A stretch of DNA of 64,000 bases, taken from positions 53,518,464 to 53,582,463 of the forward strand of contig NC_043011.1 in assembly GCF_006345805.1 (NCBI RefSeq), written 5' to 3'. Made by a program: the position numbers and the translations under genes. The notes below the pieces were generated by a model. The model ran no database searches, was not told the DNA's origin, and saw nothing but the letters and a program-made list of their open reading frames with translations. Shown one piece after another: positions 1 to 13,597 of the stretch. Origin of the DNA: Octopus sinensis. Lineage: Eukaryota. The stretch's first letter is position 1; the number at the start of each line of letters is the position of its first letter.

Positions 1-242
1 ATACATGGCATGCACACACACACACATACACACATACATACATACACAAACATATTGCTTACAAAATCTATTTACATAGAGATAAACACACAAAACAGTT
101 TTACACAGCACACTTACATGTATGTATATTACATGGACTTATACCAAACAAATTATGCACACAAAATTTTTCCAGACTCTCACAGTTTTTGCACACAGCC
201 CATATAAGCACAGATTTATATACACAACATATATACAAGTCA

Positions 243-288
<46 letters not shown>

Positions 289-419
289 CACAGTTCATCT
301 ACACTCTACACATACATGGAAGTATATATATATGTACATTTAGAAATATTTTGTATGAGTCTTTCTGAACAGAAATGTGTCTGTATGTATGTATGTGTCT
401 ATGTACATATTAATATTTT

Positions 420-440
420 TATGTGTTGTGGTTATGTGCT

Positions 441-490
<50 letters not shown>

Positions 491-770
491 GTGTGTGTGT
501 GTGTTAGTGTGTGTGTGTGTGTGTGTGAGTATAACACTCGTGCACATATAAAAATATATAATTTGCATAAGTAGACATGAATGTATGTGTGTGTTTCGGT
601 GTGTGTGTGTGTGTGTGTGTGTGTGAGTATGTGTGTGTTTCGGTGTGTGTGTGTGTGTGTATGTGTGTGTGTGTGTGTGTGTTTCGGTGTGTGTGTGTGT
701 GTGTGTGTTTCGGTGTGTGTTTGTGTGTGTGTGTGTGTATGTTTGTGTTTCAGTGTGTGTGTGTGTGTAA
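420..770. repeat. (GT)n microsatellite with recurrent GTTTCG interruptions
   Basis: Direct reading; explains the VCVC/HTHT ORFs in the track. Confidence 0.95.
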
Positions 771-1972
771 CTATTTGTCTGTCTCCTCTCATTGTCAGAA
801 AGCTATGTTACAGCTTTGACAAAACTGCAATATTTTTATTTCATCCTGCATCATGTCTTATTCATGGTAAAAACCAATTCTCTAAAGACGGCAAGTGAAA
901 TGTGACTGACCAGACATGTCTCCGATAACTACGACAGACTTTCAAATTGATGTTAATGTGTATCTAGCGATTTATCAGGTGTAAACGATGGACACGAGCT
1001 TCACAACAATTTCGGAGAGAGTGAGATGAAAGATTTCGACAGCTGTCTGATGTATGTCGTTTTTGAGGTAGTTTTCTCATTAACAATATTGATATGTTCT
1101 ACACAAAACAGACTCTTTTCATTATGCATAATTAAAAAAATAAAATGAGCTAAGGGAAGTAACTCAAGTGGACCAGTGACATGAAGATAAATAAGTTAAG
1201 TTGATGATGTTCATTATTGACAGATGTAAGCAAAAAAAAAAAAAAATTAATCTTTAGCGCCTTTCAAATAAAGGAACGGGAGCAGGATATAATTTTAAGA
1301 AATTAAGAATTAATTTCACAAAATTTATTTTTATATTTACAAAATCTGGTATTTGTTAGCTTTGAGTTTTGTGAACTGATGAGGTGTAATAAGAACAAAA
1401 CATGTTCGTAGTTGTCCTCCTGCTTGTTAACAAAAATCTGTTGCATTTTTCTTAAATGCGTGAATTTATTTTGTGAAATTAATTCTTAATTTCTTGATAT
1501 TATCTCCCCTTTTCCTTTCAGAGCTGCTAACTATTACTGTTAGGTTTCTTCTTTCTCCAACTAATACGGAAATTTTGGCCATTTGATAATTTTTATCCTT
1601 ATACATACAGTACAATACATACATACATACATACATAATACATACATACATACATACATACATAATACATACATACATACATACATAAATGATAACACAG
1701 AGGGGTTGTGGTTCACTACAGCTGCTTTAGATGTGTTCTTTGTTGAAGAACAAAAGTGTTACATCATGCAAAAGAACTGTTTTTTATCAGGTGAATACTG
1801 GCAAGAATTAACAATAAGAACTTCTGGCAAAACAGGACATAGTGCCAGATGATCACCTAACCTGATTTTGGCAGAAAATACACACACACAAACACACACA
1901 CATTCACACATGCAAACGCACACGCACATGCACACACACACACACACATACACACACGTGCACACACACAAG

Positions 1973-2186
1973 TAAGAACATAGATGCAAAACAAAGTGGA
2001 AAAGATAATACTCGAATACCAAAGCTAGAGCCAAAAAAAAAGCCAAAAAAATCTGCACAAACTGTTACTCAGAGTTTCATGTGAGTGTTCATTGGCAGTT
2101 GGGAGTATTATCACAACAGTCTGATGAACAGTAATGTGAAACTCGGAGTAACAGTTTGCAAGGATTTTGTTTGGGCTTAATAAAAA
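1973..2186. mobile_element. Palindromic hammerhead-bearing element (family also at 62421-62610)
   Basis: Imperfect inverted arms ~2040-2100 / ~2115-2177; left tail 1973-2035 is the reverse complement of 62556-62610 (TTTGGTATTCGAGTA.TATT.TTTCCAC). Confidence 0.75.
2115..2156 (+). ncRNA. Minimal type I hammerhead ribozyme motif
   Basis: AACAGT-CTGATGA(2121-27)-ACA gtaa TGT-GAAA(2138-41)-CTCGGAG-TA-ACAGTT; stem I has one mismatch; decayed antisense partner at 2059-2100. Confidence 0.7.
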
Positions 2187-2187
2187 G

Positions 2188-3010
2188 TATTGGGTTGTCT
2201 GGAAAGTTTGTGCCGATTTTGGAAGGAAAGAAAAAGATCAATAAATACTTGCCATTACATTTTTAATCAACCAAATATGAACCATTTTGTTGCACAATGC
2301 GTCTCCATCTTTCCTTTAACTTGAAAATACCCTCTTCCCAGAATTGAGGTGGTTTCATGGCAAAGAATTCATCAAGGTATCTTTTTACGTCATCCAAGGA
2401 ATTGAAATTTTTACCATTAAGACTATTCTACAGAGACCTGAATCAGTGGAAATCCGAAGGAGCAATATCTGGTGAATATGGAGGGTGGGGTAACACATCC
2501 CAGCCGAGCTACAGCAATTTTTGTCTGGTTCCCAAAGAAACGTGCAGTTTGCATTATCATGTTGGAAAACAACACCCTTCCTGTTGGCCAATTCTGGGCG
2601 TTTCTCTTGAATTGCTGCTTTTAACTCATCCAGTTGTGTGCAGTATTTCTCAGAATTAATTATCTGGTTACTTGGGAGAAGCTCATAGTACAGAATTCCA
2701 TTCCAATTCCACCAGACACAAAGCAAGGCTTTTTTAGTGTGAAGACTTGCTTTTGAGGTGGCTAAGAGTGACTCATGTTGCTTCCTCCAGGATCACTTTC
2801 TCTGAACATTTCGGTAGATAATCCATTTCTCATCACCTGTCACAATTTGCTTTAAAAAAGGCATGTTTTCATTCTGTTTATAAAGCGAATCACAGATGGA
2901 AATGCGATCCAAAAGGTTCTTCTCACTCAACTCATGTGGTACCCAAACATTGTAGCGATTTGTGTACCCAAGCTTTACCAGGTGCTCATGAACGATGGAG
3001 TGTTGTACTA
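2188..3010 (-). mobile_element. mariner (DD34D-type) transposon relic, 3' part with one TIR
   Basis: Frameshifted ORFs with WVPHEL, IVTGDEKWIIY, MLCVWWNWNGILYYELLP, VVFQHDNA; TA+TTGGGTTGTC TIR-like end at 2188. Confidence 0.92.
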
Positions 3011-4426
3011 AATCCCAGTCTAACACATGTTAGCATGGAAAACAGACACTAAATGATAATCATGATGATGATGATGATGATGACGATGACGACTACATCA
3101 TTCGCTCTGCTCCAATTTCAAATTTTCTCATTTTGGATATGCTCTTGCAATGATATACCTAGCATAGATCTTAAATATATATTGGTATTTTTTCACCGAA
3201 TAATTGGTCTATCAAGAAGGTTTATGAGTATCACAGCAATCTATGTTTCTGATTAACCTAGTAACAGAAAATCAAATTGAAGGCTGGTTATTGTGAAGGT
3301 CATTGCACTTTAATGATCATAGAACATATACGTTTCTAAGTGATGCATAGTAGATCCACTGAAGTGTTTTGGATAATGACTACAAAATATAGTTGTTTTA
3401 CACAAAAGTGAAATTTCTTGTCAGAAACAGCTACATAAATGGTGTAATGAAATTGAAGGAAGACGTTGAAATTCCCCTCTGTGAGTTTATATTTTTCAAC
3501 AGCAAAAGGAGCTATTTTTTTGGAGAGAAAAGCTAACAAAAGCCCCTTTATTCTGTTTTTCCACATAGCCTGCATATAAACTAACAGTGAATGCTGCATA
3601 AAGTTAATTTGGTATGGAGCTTTCTGAAAGATACATATAGCTTTCGCTAGTGGAAGCAAAACTCTTATTTAAAGGTTGATTCTTTGGGACGAATCATATG
3701 TAATTGTTTAAAAAAGGCTAGAATGACAATGCTAAAGCATATTTCAAACAATGGACAACAGTCGAAATATCATAATGGATGGGTCAATAAGCATACTTAA
3801 AATGAAGCAATGCATAGGTAGGTAAACAAAGGTATCAACAAATAGAAAAGAAGGAAGGGAACATCACCTTTCAAGTAACTTAGAATAGGTAAAGGAAAGC
3901 TTGCTAAAGTTTAATACAGTTTAAATATGGAGATTAAGATTGTTTGGTATTGGATATTCATCTCTCTTTTACTCTTTAACTTGTTTCAGTCACTTGACTT
4001 CAGCCATGCTGGAGCACCGCCTTTAATCGAGCAACTCGACCCCGGGACTTATTCGGTTGTCAAGCAATACTAAGTAAAGTTTGGTGAAAATCGGTTGAGA
4101 ATTGTGGAAATGTATGCATTAGCCATAATACACACATACTGGGATTTATATATACTAAATATATATTTTTATTTTTTGTTTCAGTCATTTGACTGTGGCC
4201 ATGCTGGAGCACCACCTTAAGGGTTTTAGTCAAATAAATCAACCCCAGAACTTTGTAAGCTTAGAACTTGTTTTATCAAACTCTTTTTCTGAACTGCTAA
4301 GTTATGGTGACATAAACACACCAAGATCAGTTGTCGATGCTGGTGGGGATGGGACTAACACAGACACAACACACAAATATATATATATATATTTATACAC
4401 ACACACACACATATATATATATATAT

Positions 4427-4806
4427 TCTTTTACTTGTTTCGGTCATTTGACTGCAGCCATGCTGGAACACTGTCTTTAGTCGAACAAATCGACCCCAGG
4501 ACTTGTTCTTTTTAAGAATAGTACTTATTCTATCAGCCTCTTTTGCCAAACCGCTAATTTATGGGGACGCAAACACACCAGTATCAGTTGTCAAGCGATG
4601 GTGGTGGTGGGGGGGGGGGCAAACACAGACACACAGATACACATGTGTCTTCTTTCAGTTTCCGTCTACCAAATCCACTCACAAGGCTTTGGTCAGCCTG
4701 AGGCTATAGCAGAAGACCCTTGCCCAAGGTGCCACACAGTGGGAGTGAACCTGGAACCACGTGGTTGGTAAGCAAGCTATTTACCACACAGCCACTCCTG
4801 CACCTA
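4427..4806 (-). mobile_element. tRNA-derived SINE family A (CORE-like CCTTGGGCAAG, internal CA/TA microsatellite); partial copies at 3961-4053 and 4175-4370
   Basis: Reverse strand starts GGTGCAGGAGTGGCTGTGTGG with a B-box-like GGTTCACTCCC and ends ...ACAAGTAAAAGA; more than 20 copies in the window. Confidence 0.9.
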
Positions 4807-5304
4807 CATATATAAATATATAATTAAACCTTTTCCTGAATCTTTTTCGTCTATTTGCCCAAATTCGGTGCATATTTATTAAAGCATGTGGCAAAGCCAC
4901 TGTACTTACTCACTTGCCCTGAATATTAATTCATAAATTTATTAATTTCACCTTATACTGGTTTATTACATGGTTAACTACCTGATAAAATCATATATAG
5001 ATTTTATCCTGAATTTTAAAATATATTAAATATATATATATATAATTTTGCATAAACCAATATTATTCACTGCTGAATTATTTGGTTATTCAAACATGGC
5101 CAAAAATAAATGAAACTAATTTCTGAATTTTAATTTGTATTTAAGTACGAACAGTTGTATTTACACTGAGAAGCTGTTTGTTGTGTTTGTGGGGGTATGT
5201 GTATTTGTTCATCTTTGTATACATTGGGTTGTATTATACAGATGATGGGGGGAAAAAAAGGGGTTTCTTGTTAATCCTGAAATCATTTAATATGTGATTA
5301 AACC

Positions 5305-5546
5305 TTTTACTCTCTCTTTTACTCTTTTACTTGTTTCAGTCATTTGACTGTGGCCATGCTGGAGCACTGCCTTTATAGTTGAGCAAATCGACCCCATAGC
5401 TTATTCTTTGTTAACCTAGTACTTACTCTATCGGTTGCTTTTGCCAAACTGCTAAGTTACAGGGACCTAAACACACCAGCATCTGTTGTCAAGTGATGCT
5501 GGGGGGACAAACAGACATACAAACATATACACACACACATATACAT

Positions 5547-5585
<39 letters not shown>

Positions 5586-5755
5586 ATATACGACGGGCTT
5601 CTTTCAGTTTCCGTCTACCAAATCCACTCACAAGGCTTTGGTTGGCTCGAGGCTATAGTAGAAGGCACTCGCCCAAGGTGCCATGCAGTGGGACTGAACC
5701 TGGGACCATGCAGTTGGAAAGCAAGCTACTTACCACACAGCCACTCTTGCGCCTA
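5305..5755 (-). mobile_element. SINE family A, full length
   Basis: Colinear with the other family A copies. Confidence 0.9.
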
Positions 5756-6537
5756 TGAATCTTTTAAATCTTTTAAAATCTTTTAAATTTATTTGCCTGA
5801 ATTCAGCATGTATTTATTGTGATAATTTTAAGGTAGCTTAGAGTCATTCATCTTCTTAAAGCATGTGGCAAAGCCAGTGTACTCACTTCCCCTGGGCTTC
5901 TTTCAGTTTCCCTCTGCCAAATCTACTCACAAGGCTTTGGTCAGCCTGAAGCTATAGTAGAAGACACTTCCCAAGATGCCATGCAGTGGGACTGTATTAG
6001 TGTATAGTTTCCTTGGAGCTTCTAAGATAGCTGCAGGCATGTAAGAGTGATAAATGCTTTTGTGATTGGATTTGTTGATAGAGACACCATCCTCTCCTCA
6101 TCAAATAGGAGACTTAAACATCCATGACCATATGCACAGGGTGAATTCTATCAATTTATTCATATGTGATATGTTTCAACTGAGGAAGATATTGTGTAAG
6201 AAATTCCCTTTTTATCTATTTCAGAATTATCTGAAATGCACATATTAAATGCATTCAAAATATCATTAATTGGTCTGACTTCCTTTTATACAATATATAT
6301 ATAAATAAACTAACATTTATTTTTATTATAAGTGCTGAAATGTATATATAGATACAAAAAAGATGGTGATTTATTTTTGATTGCAGATACGCCATTAGAA
6401 CAGGAAAAATATTGGGTACAAAGCAGAAAATTTTGTCTGTTTGTTTATAAATGTTTCCACTTTGTAGGGGTAATTTACCCAATGTTTCTGCTGATCTAAT
6501 GGCATCTCTGCATTTGAAAATAAATTAACATCTTATT

Positions 6538-6583
<46 letters not shown>

Positions 6584-6724
6584 CATATCCTTTAAGTTCC
6601 CTTATTGGAGACATTTTGAATATGCATATTAAAAACTCCTATTTTATTAACCCTAATGATACCAACTGGCAATACTGGTTTTTTGAGGTTGCACCAAGCT
6701 GTGCTGATATAATGTAGGATTAAT

Positions 6725-6777
<53 letters not shown>

Positions 6778-7074
6778 CCATAGATCATCATTATCAACAT
6801 CATCATCGTTTAATGTCCGTTTTCCATGCTAGCATGGATTGGACGGTTCAACTGGGGTCTGGGAAGCCAGAAGGGAATTTAGAAATATTTTAATCCCCCA
6901 AAGAAATGAGCACATGAATATGATCTGCCCAATGTCCATGGATGCTACAAACTGTACTGTAATCATCCCAGGAATATGGACTATGATCTTAAGAAACATG
7001 TGATTTGTGGAAACGTGTTTAGTGATGCATTAGAATATCTCTAGATTCCATCCATGGATTATTATTATTGTTAT

Positions 7075-7600
7075 TCATCATCATCAGCATCAGCATCGTT
7101 TAACGTTTGCTTTCCATGCTGGCAAGGGTTGGACGATTTGACTGAGGACTGGTGAACCAGAGGCTACACCAAGCTCAATCTTGTCTGGCAAAGTTTCTAC
7201 AGCTGGATGCCCTTCCTAGTGCCAACCACTCCGAGAGTATAGTGGGTGCTTTTTACGTGCCAGTGGCATGTGGGCCAGTCTGGCGTTTCTGGCAATGACC
7301 ATGCTCATGCCCAAAAGGTGTTTTTATGTGCTACCTGCACAGGAGCCAGCCTGGCGGCACTGGCAACGACCACATTTGAATGTTGATTTTCACTGGCACA
7401 TGTGCTGGTAAGGCGACGCTGGAAACAATCACGCTCGAATGGTGCATTTCACGTGTCACCAACATGGGAGCCAATCTGTGGCACTGACAACGATCATGCT
7501 CGGTTGTGCTTTTACCATTCCACTGGCATGAGTGCCAATCGGGCGGTACTGTCATCGGCTGCATCAATGATTTTGATTTGTTTACACTTGCCTCAACAGA
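7075..7600 (-). mobile_element. (GAT)n-tailed interspersed repeat family B with internal variable minisatellite
   Basis: CATCGTTTAACG...TTTCTACAGCTGGATGCCCTTCCTA motif shared with 12609, 44304, 50102, 52007, 58000 and others. Confidence 0.85.
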
Positions 7601-8509
7601 TCATATATATATATATTGTTGCTATTATGCAAAAGTATGGTAAGTCCAAAACGTTTCTTTTGCAGAAAACGAAAAAATAGATTCACCATTCCATAGTTAA
7701 CTGTTGTACAACACTTTGACAATTTTTAATATCTTGGCAGCATCTTGGCAGGTATGATAGTTTGACCAAGAAAACCAGCTATTGCATGGAAAAATAAATA
7801 TTGAAAAAAAATGTATTTAACCAAATTTGGACATACAACACTTTAACATAATAGCAACGACACACACACACACACAACATATTTCCATACTGTTTCTATT
7901 TACAAATTGACTCACAAAACATTAGTTGTCCTGGGATTATAGTAGAAGACACTTGCCTAAGGAATGAACTCATGGTCATGTACTTGCAAAGCAAACGTCT
8001 TAATCACACAACCATGCTTTCATCTATATCTAAAAGACACCAAGAACTTTTCATTATTTCATTAACAAAGTCCAGTAATACTGAAACACACCTGTAGTTG
8101 TCCATTCTTCAGTTAAAACAAACAAACAGATTTTGTGAACTTAATTCTCAATTCTGCAAATTATCTCCCTTTTCTTCTTGAAGTCACTAATAGTAAATAA
8201 GTTTTTTTTTTTCTTACCTACAACTAAGAGGGGAAACATTAATTAGTTCATTTCTTTCTGTTTTGTTTTGTTCAATTTTTTTTTTCTCTTTTAGCTTTTT
8301 TTTTCTTTCTTCCCCAGAAATTACCCCCAGAAGACTTTTTTCCTCACACTTTTTCTTCATAGCAGCTGTTAAGATATCTGAAGTAAAAAAATTGTGGTGT
8401 CCCTTTGAAAATTCTCTTTCAAGAATATTGAGTTTTTAGTTTAAAAAAAAGAAAATATTTCTACACTTATTTCTTCAAGTATGTAACAGTTGTTTTTTTA
8501 ATTATTATC

Positions 8510-8567
8510 ATTATTTATTATTGTTATTATTAATGTTGTTGTTGTTGCTGCTGCAGCAGTAGTAGCC

Positions 8568-8620
<53 letters not shown>

Positions 8621-8654
8621 GGTGGTGGTGGTGGTGGTGGTGGTGGTGGTGGTG

Positions 8655-8717
<63 letters not shown>

Positions 8718-8735
8718 ATTTATAATAATAATAAT
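8510..8735. repeat. Compound (TTA)/(GTA)n/(GTG)n trinucleotide microsatellite
   Basis: Direct reading. Confidence 0.95.
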
Positions 8736-8909
8736 CCTTTCTGCTAAAGGCACAAGGCCTGAAATTTGGGGGAGGGGACTAGTTGATGTAATTGACCCCA
8801 GTATTTCACTGGTACTTAACTCATTGACACTGAAAGGATGAAAGCAAAGTCGATTAATCTTGACGGAATTTGTATTCAGAACGTAAAGATGGATGAAATG
8901 CTGCTAATT

Positions 8910-8953
<44 letters not shown>

Positions 8954-9000
8954 TAATAATAATGATAATAATAATAATAATAATAATAATAGTAATAATA

Positions 9001-9548
9001 ACTTCACCATTCAAACTGACAGGAAGATAGATGCAAATAGGCCAGACATCATATTGAAAGACTTCAGACAAAGAACATGCCTCCTCATTGATATGACTGT
9101 CCCAATCGATATAAATGTATCTGTCAAGACCTACCAAAAACTGAGCAAATATAAAGATCTTGAAATAGAAATCAGCAAAATGTGGAAGCTGAAGACTAAA
9201 ACAATACCTGTTGTCATAGGTGCCCTGGGAATGATAGTGAAAGGGACTGATTGCTACCTAACTCAGATAGCAGGAAACCCCAAAATGGCAGAAATTCAAA
9301 AGATAGTGCTCATGCGAACTGCTCATATCCTACGCAAAATACTCTCTATGTAATCCCAAGGTTTAAAACAAACTTTTTTTTTTTTAAATTTTATTTTTAT
9401 GTATTAGACATTCACTAGTACAACACCAAAAATAAACAAAAAACCCCCCAAATATATGGCACAGAACTTCCAACCTGTTATCTCTTGAGGTCTCTGGGTG
9501 AGACTTGGAGCCAACTTGTACAGACATAAAGCAAAAGTCAAACATAGA

Positions 9549-9549
<1 letters not shown>
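9001..9549 (+). mobile_element. 5'-truncated R4/Dong-clade non-LTR retrotransposon (restriction-like endonuclease C-terminus + 3' UTR) in an (AAT)n tract
   Basis: Open frame TDRKIDANRPDIILKD..CLLIDMTVP..KLSKYKDL..IPVVIGALG..IQKIVL, stop at 9351-9353; (AAT)n on both sides, matching the known TAA-repeat targeting of Dong. Confidence 0.88.
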
Positions 9550-9579
<30 letters not shown>

Positions 9580-9583
9580 TTGT

Positions 9584-9800
9584 AATCCCCTCTACTATAG
9601 GCCGAAGGCCTGAAATTTTTGGTGGGAGAGGATATTTGATGAGATTGTCTCCAGTGTTTCACTGGTACTTAATTTATTGACCCCAAAAGGATGAAAGGCA
9701 AAGTCAATCTCATGGAATTTGAACTCAGAGCGTAGCAACGGGTGAAATGCCGCTAAGCATATCATCCAGTTTCCTAATGATTCTGCCAGCTCGCCACCTT
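9584..9800 (-). mobile_element. tRNA-derived SINE family C (Nin-domain-like GCCTTTCATCCTTT..GGGTC.ATAAA..AGTACC)
   Basis: Matches copies at 8733, 9843, 10057, 14065, 31620, 33289, 38362, 47600, 53381; usually embedded in (AAT)n. Confidence 0.85.
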
Positions 9801-9842
9801 AATAATAATAATAATTATAATAATAATAATAATAATGATAAT

Positions 9843-10259
9843 AATCCTTTCTAGTATAGGCACAAGGCCTGACATTTGAGGGGAGGGGACTAGTCAATTA
9901 CATTGACCCCAGTGATTCTCTGATACTTAATCTATCGACCCCGAAAGGATTAAAGGCAAAGTTGACCCCCGGTGGAATTTGAACTTGAAATGTAGCAATT
10001 GGTGAAATACTGCCAAGCATTTCGTCCAGCATGCTAAAGATTCCACCATATCCAGTTGGTGAACTGGCAGAATCGTTAGCACACTGGGCAAAGTGCTTAG
10101 CAGCTTTTCATTCAAATTTATGTTCAAGAGTTCAAATTCCACCGAGGTTGACTTTGCCTTTCATCCTTGCAGAGTCAATAAAAAAAATACCAGTTGAACA
10201 CTGGGGATCGATGTTACTAACTTGCCCCCCCCCCCATTTTGTGCCAAGTTTTGAAATCA

Positions 10260-10260
<1 letters not shown>
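9843..10260. mobile_element. Two SINE C copies head-to-head (9843-10050 minus, 10057-10260 plus)
   Basis: Mutually reverse-complementary family C sequences. Confidence 0.8.
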
Positions 10261-10510
<250 letters not shown>

Positions 10511-10633
10511 TTGGTCATTAGAACTTGCTGTGTGACCTAATTTTAAATTGTAAGCACAGGTTTCGGCAAAGATGGAATGGATGCTGAAACCTCCTTCATC
10601 TGTCGACTGGATTTAAATTCCAGTACTCTATCT

Positions 10634-10669
<36 letters not shown>

Positions 10670-11299
10670 AATTCTCTCTCCCTCTTCTCTCTCTCTCTCC
10701 TCCTCTCTCTTTTCCCCTCTCCGTTTCTCTCTTACCTGAGAGTCTTCAGGGATTATTTCCATTGAAGAATACTCTACGGCTGATTGGCTACAATGCTCTT
10801 TGAGATTGCTATCGAACGCTCAAACCAAATCAAAATTGATGCAGGAAAAAAATATTTTTGTTCATTTGTTTCAGCCAATCATTCTTGGCAGCTAAAACTT
10901 ATTGATTTTTTTTTTTTCACATGGATACCAAAACCCCATATCTGTAGGGCAAGGTAAGGAAATCGGTCAGTGTTCCTGACTTCCCCAAAAGTATTAGATA
11001 AAGGATACGGAATAAAGAGATAAATATTTATTTATCCTATGTACTTTTGGGAGGAAGAGAATCAATGATCCAAGGAAACTGCATGCATGATCACTCAACC
11101 TATTAGAAATAGCAGTTAAATCTCTCCGAAATTGCACTCTGCCATCGTTAGGTAGGAAGGTCATAGAATGTTAAGGAACTTCGAATAATGTGATTCCAGA
11201 TTTATCATTTCTGGAATAAAGATGTGGTGGTCATTGTTGGAACCAATTTGATCATAAACCTACTTTATTAGGGCTATTTTTACCATGTTAGATATCTTG

Positions 11300-11554
11300 T
11301 ATCTTTTATCATTTACTTATTTCAGTCATTGGCCTGTGGCCATGCTGGAGCGCCACCTTGAAGTGTTGAGATGAACAAATCGAACTTTTTTTAAAGCCTA
11401 GATCTTATTTTATCATTCTCTTTTTGGTGAATTGCTAGGATATTGGAATGTAAACAAACCAACACCCGTAGGGTGGGCAAACACAAACACAAAGACACAC
11501 ACACATAAACACATACATATTTACATATATACATATACGTACATATACACCCAC

Positions 11555-11596
<42 letters not shown>

Positions 11597-11770
11597 ATAT
11601 ATATGTACATGACAAGCTTCTTTCAGTTTGTCAACCAAATCCACTCACAAGGCTTTTGTCAGCTCAGGACTATAACAGAACATACTGGCAGAATGTGCGA
11701 TAGTGGGATTGAACCCAGGACCATGTGGTTGGGAAGCAAACTTTTTACCACACAACCACACCCAAACCTA
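11300..11770 (-). mobile_element. SINE family A, diverged
   Basis: Colinear with family A. Confidence 0.8.
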
Positions 11771-12933
11771 TGAAAGAAAAAACAGTGCCCGTTACTCTGT
11801 AGTTTTACAGATTCTCAAAGACTGGTAGAAGGATCCCATCCTTCAACTGAACACCTCAACTAAATGCTTATAGCAGATTGAAATCCATTCAGGGTTTGCA
11901 GTGACTAGATCGTCAGATGGTGATACTGAACTGGGCAATGGATTAACTCTTTAGCATTCAGATTATCCTGGCAAATGTAATGTTTATCTATTCTCATTGT
12001 TTTGAATCACTCATGAATTTATCTCATAGCTTTGGGATTTTGATGGTGGCACGTAAAAGCACCCACTACACTCTCAGAGTGGTTGGCATTTGGAAGGACA
12101 TCCAGCTGTAGAAACTCTGCCAGATCAGATTGGTGGCTAGTGCAGCCATCTGGTTTGCCAGACCTCAGTGAAATCGTCCAATCCATGCTAGCATGGAAAG
12201 TAGATGTTAAACGATGATGATGATGATGATGATTATATGAATTTTTACAATGACATTGTAGGGTAGGTGTGAGAGGCCAGAACTGGAGTACAAATGCATA
12301 ATCAGAAATATGTCTGACGATTTTACTCTCTGTTTTGGCTGCATTTTCTGTTTCAAATTTAAAGCAGATGGTGCCATGACTTTTTCCCCCTTTTTACAGT
12401 TGAGAGAATTTCTTCTGATATGTCCTGAAGGGTTTGACGTATTACCATTTGGCATGAAGAAAGATTTAGTCTGCTTCTGTCTTTTCAAAAGCAGAAATAT
12501 ACAATATTTCACTTTAATCTTTTTTATGTGTTAGCTCCTCTGACAAAGAAATGCTGTTTTGGTCTTGCAAAATTCTCCCAACTACATTTAGTTTTCTTGT
12601 AACTCTAACATCATCATCATCATCATCATCGTTTAACGTCCGCTTTCCACGCTAGCATGGGTTGGACGATTTTGACTTAGGGCTGGTGAACCAGATGGCT
12701 GCACCAGGCTCCAATCTTGATCTGGCAGAGTTTCTACAGCTGGATGCCCTTCCTCGAATCTTTTTACACATGCCTCCGGCACAAGTGCCAGTAAGGCGAT
12801 GCTGGTAACAATCATGCTTGAATGGTGCCTTATACGTGCCACCAGCATGGAAGCCAGTCAGCCGCTCTGGCAACGATCACGCTCCGATGGTGCTCTTAGC
12901 ACCCTAGTCTAAAAAATCTGTTTGTTCAGACTG

Positions 12934-13162
12934 TTATCCCCTTAGCATTCAGATTATCCTGTCAAATGTAATCTTTATTTACTCATATTCATTTGAATTA
13001 ATCATGCATTTCCTTGTAGCTTCAAGATTGTGACAGTGTGGTTGTTTAGTTTTAGAATGGCATGGTAGGATAGGTGTAAGAGGTATGGTCTAGTCGGTTT
13101 GAAAATAAAACAGGTGGAAATATTTTGGCCGAATATAGCTGTTTTGACTGCCAAGGGGTTAA
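12934..13162 (-). mobile_element. piggyBac-like MITE (~220 bp)
   Basis: TTA(T)CCCCTTAGCA...CCAAGGGGTTAA ends; related copies at 11943-12285 (split by family B), 21856-22040, 22850-23070, 32575-32800. Confidence 0.75.
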
Positions 13163-13192
13163 AGGAAGGTTTGCTTCAACACAACTACTATA

Positions 13193-13597
13193 TTCTTTTG
13201 TTCTTTTATTTGTTTCATTTGTCTGACTTGGCCATGCTGGAGCACCACCTTAAAGTGTTTGGTCGAAGAAATTGACCCCAGAACTTATTCGTTGTAGGCC
13301 TAGTACTTATTCTATTGGTCACTTCTGCTGAACCGCTAGGGTATGGGAACATAAGCACACCAACATCGGTTGTCAAGCAATGGCAGGTGAACAAACACAG
13401 ATATACACACATACATATATACATGTATATGTATATATACGACATGCTTCTTTCAGTTTCCATCTACCAAATCCACTCACAAGGCTTTGATTGGCCCAAA
13501 GCTATAATAGAAGACACTTGCCCATGGTGCCACACAATGGGACTGAACCTGGAATCACATGGCTGTGAAGCAAGCTTCTTATCACACAGCCATTCCT
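13193..13597 (-). mobile_element. SINE family A
   Basis: Colinear with family A. Confidence 0.85.

Noticed and set aside
8838-9353. 171-aa ORF as a host gene
   Set aside because: Chimera of SINE C, (AAT)n and a truncated Dong/R4 endonuclease fragment
12290-12512. Minus-strand Lys-rich ORF in unique sequence
   Set aside because: No recognisable domain or clear splice sites, and it runs into a MITE
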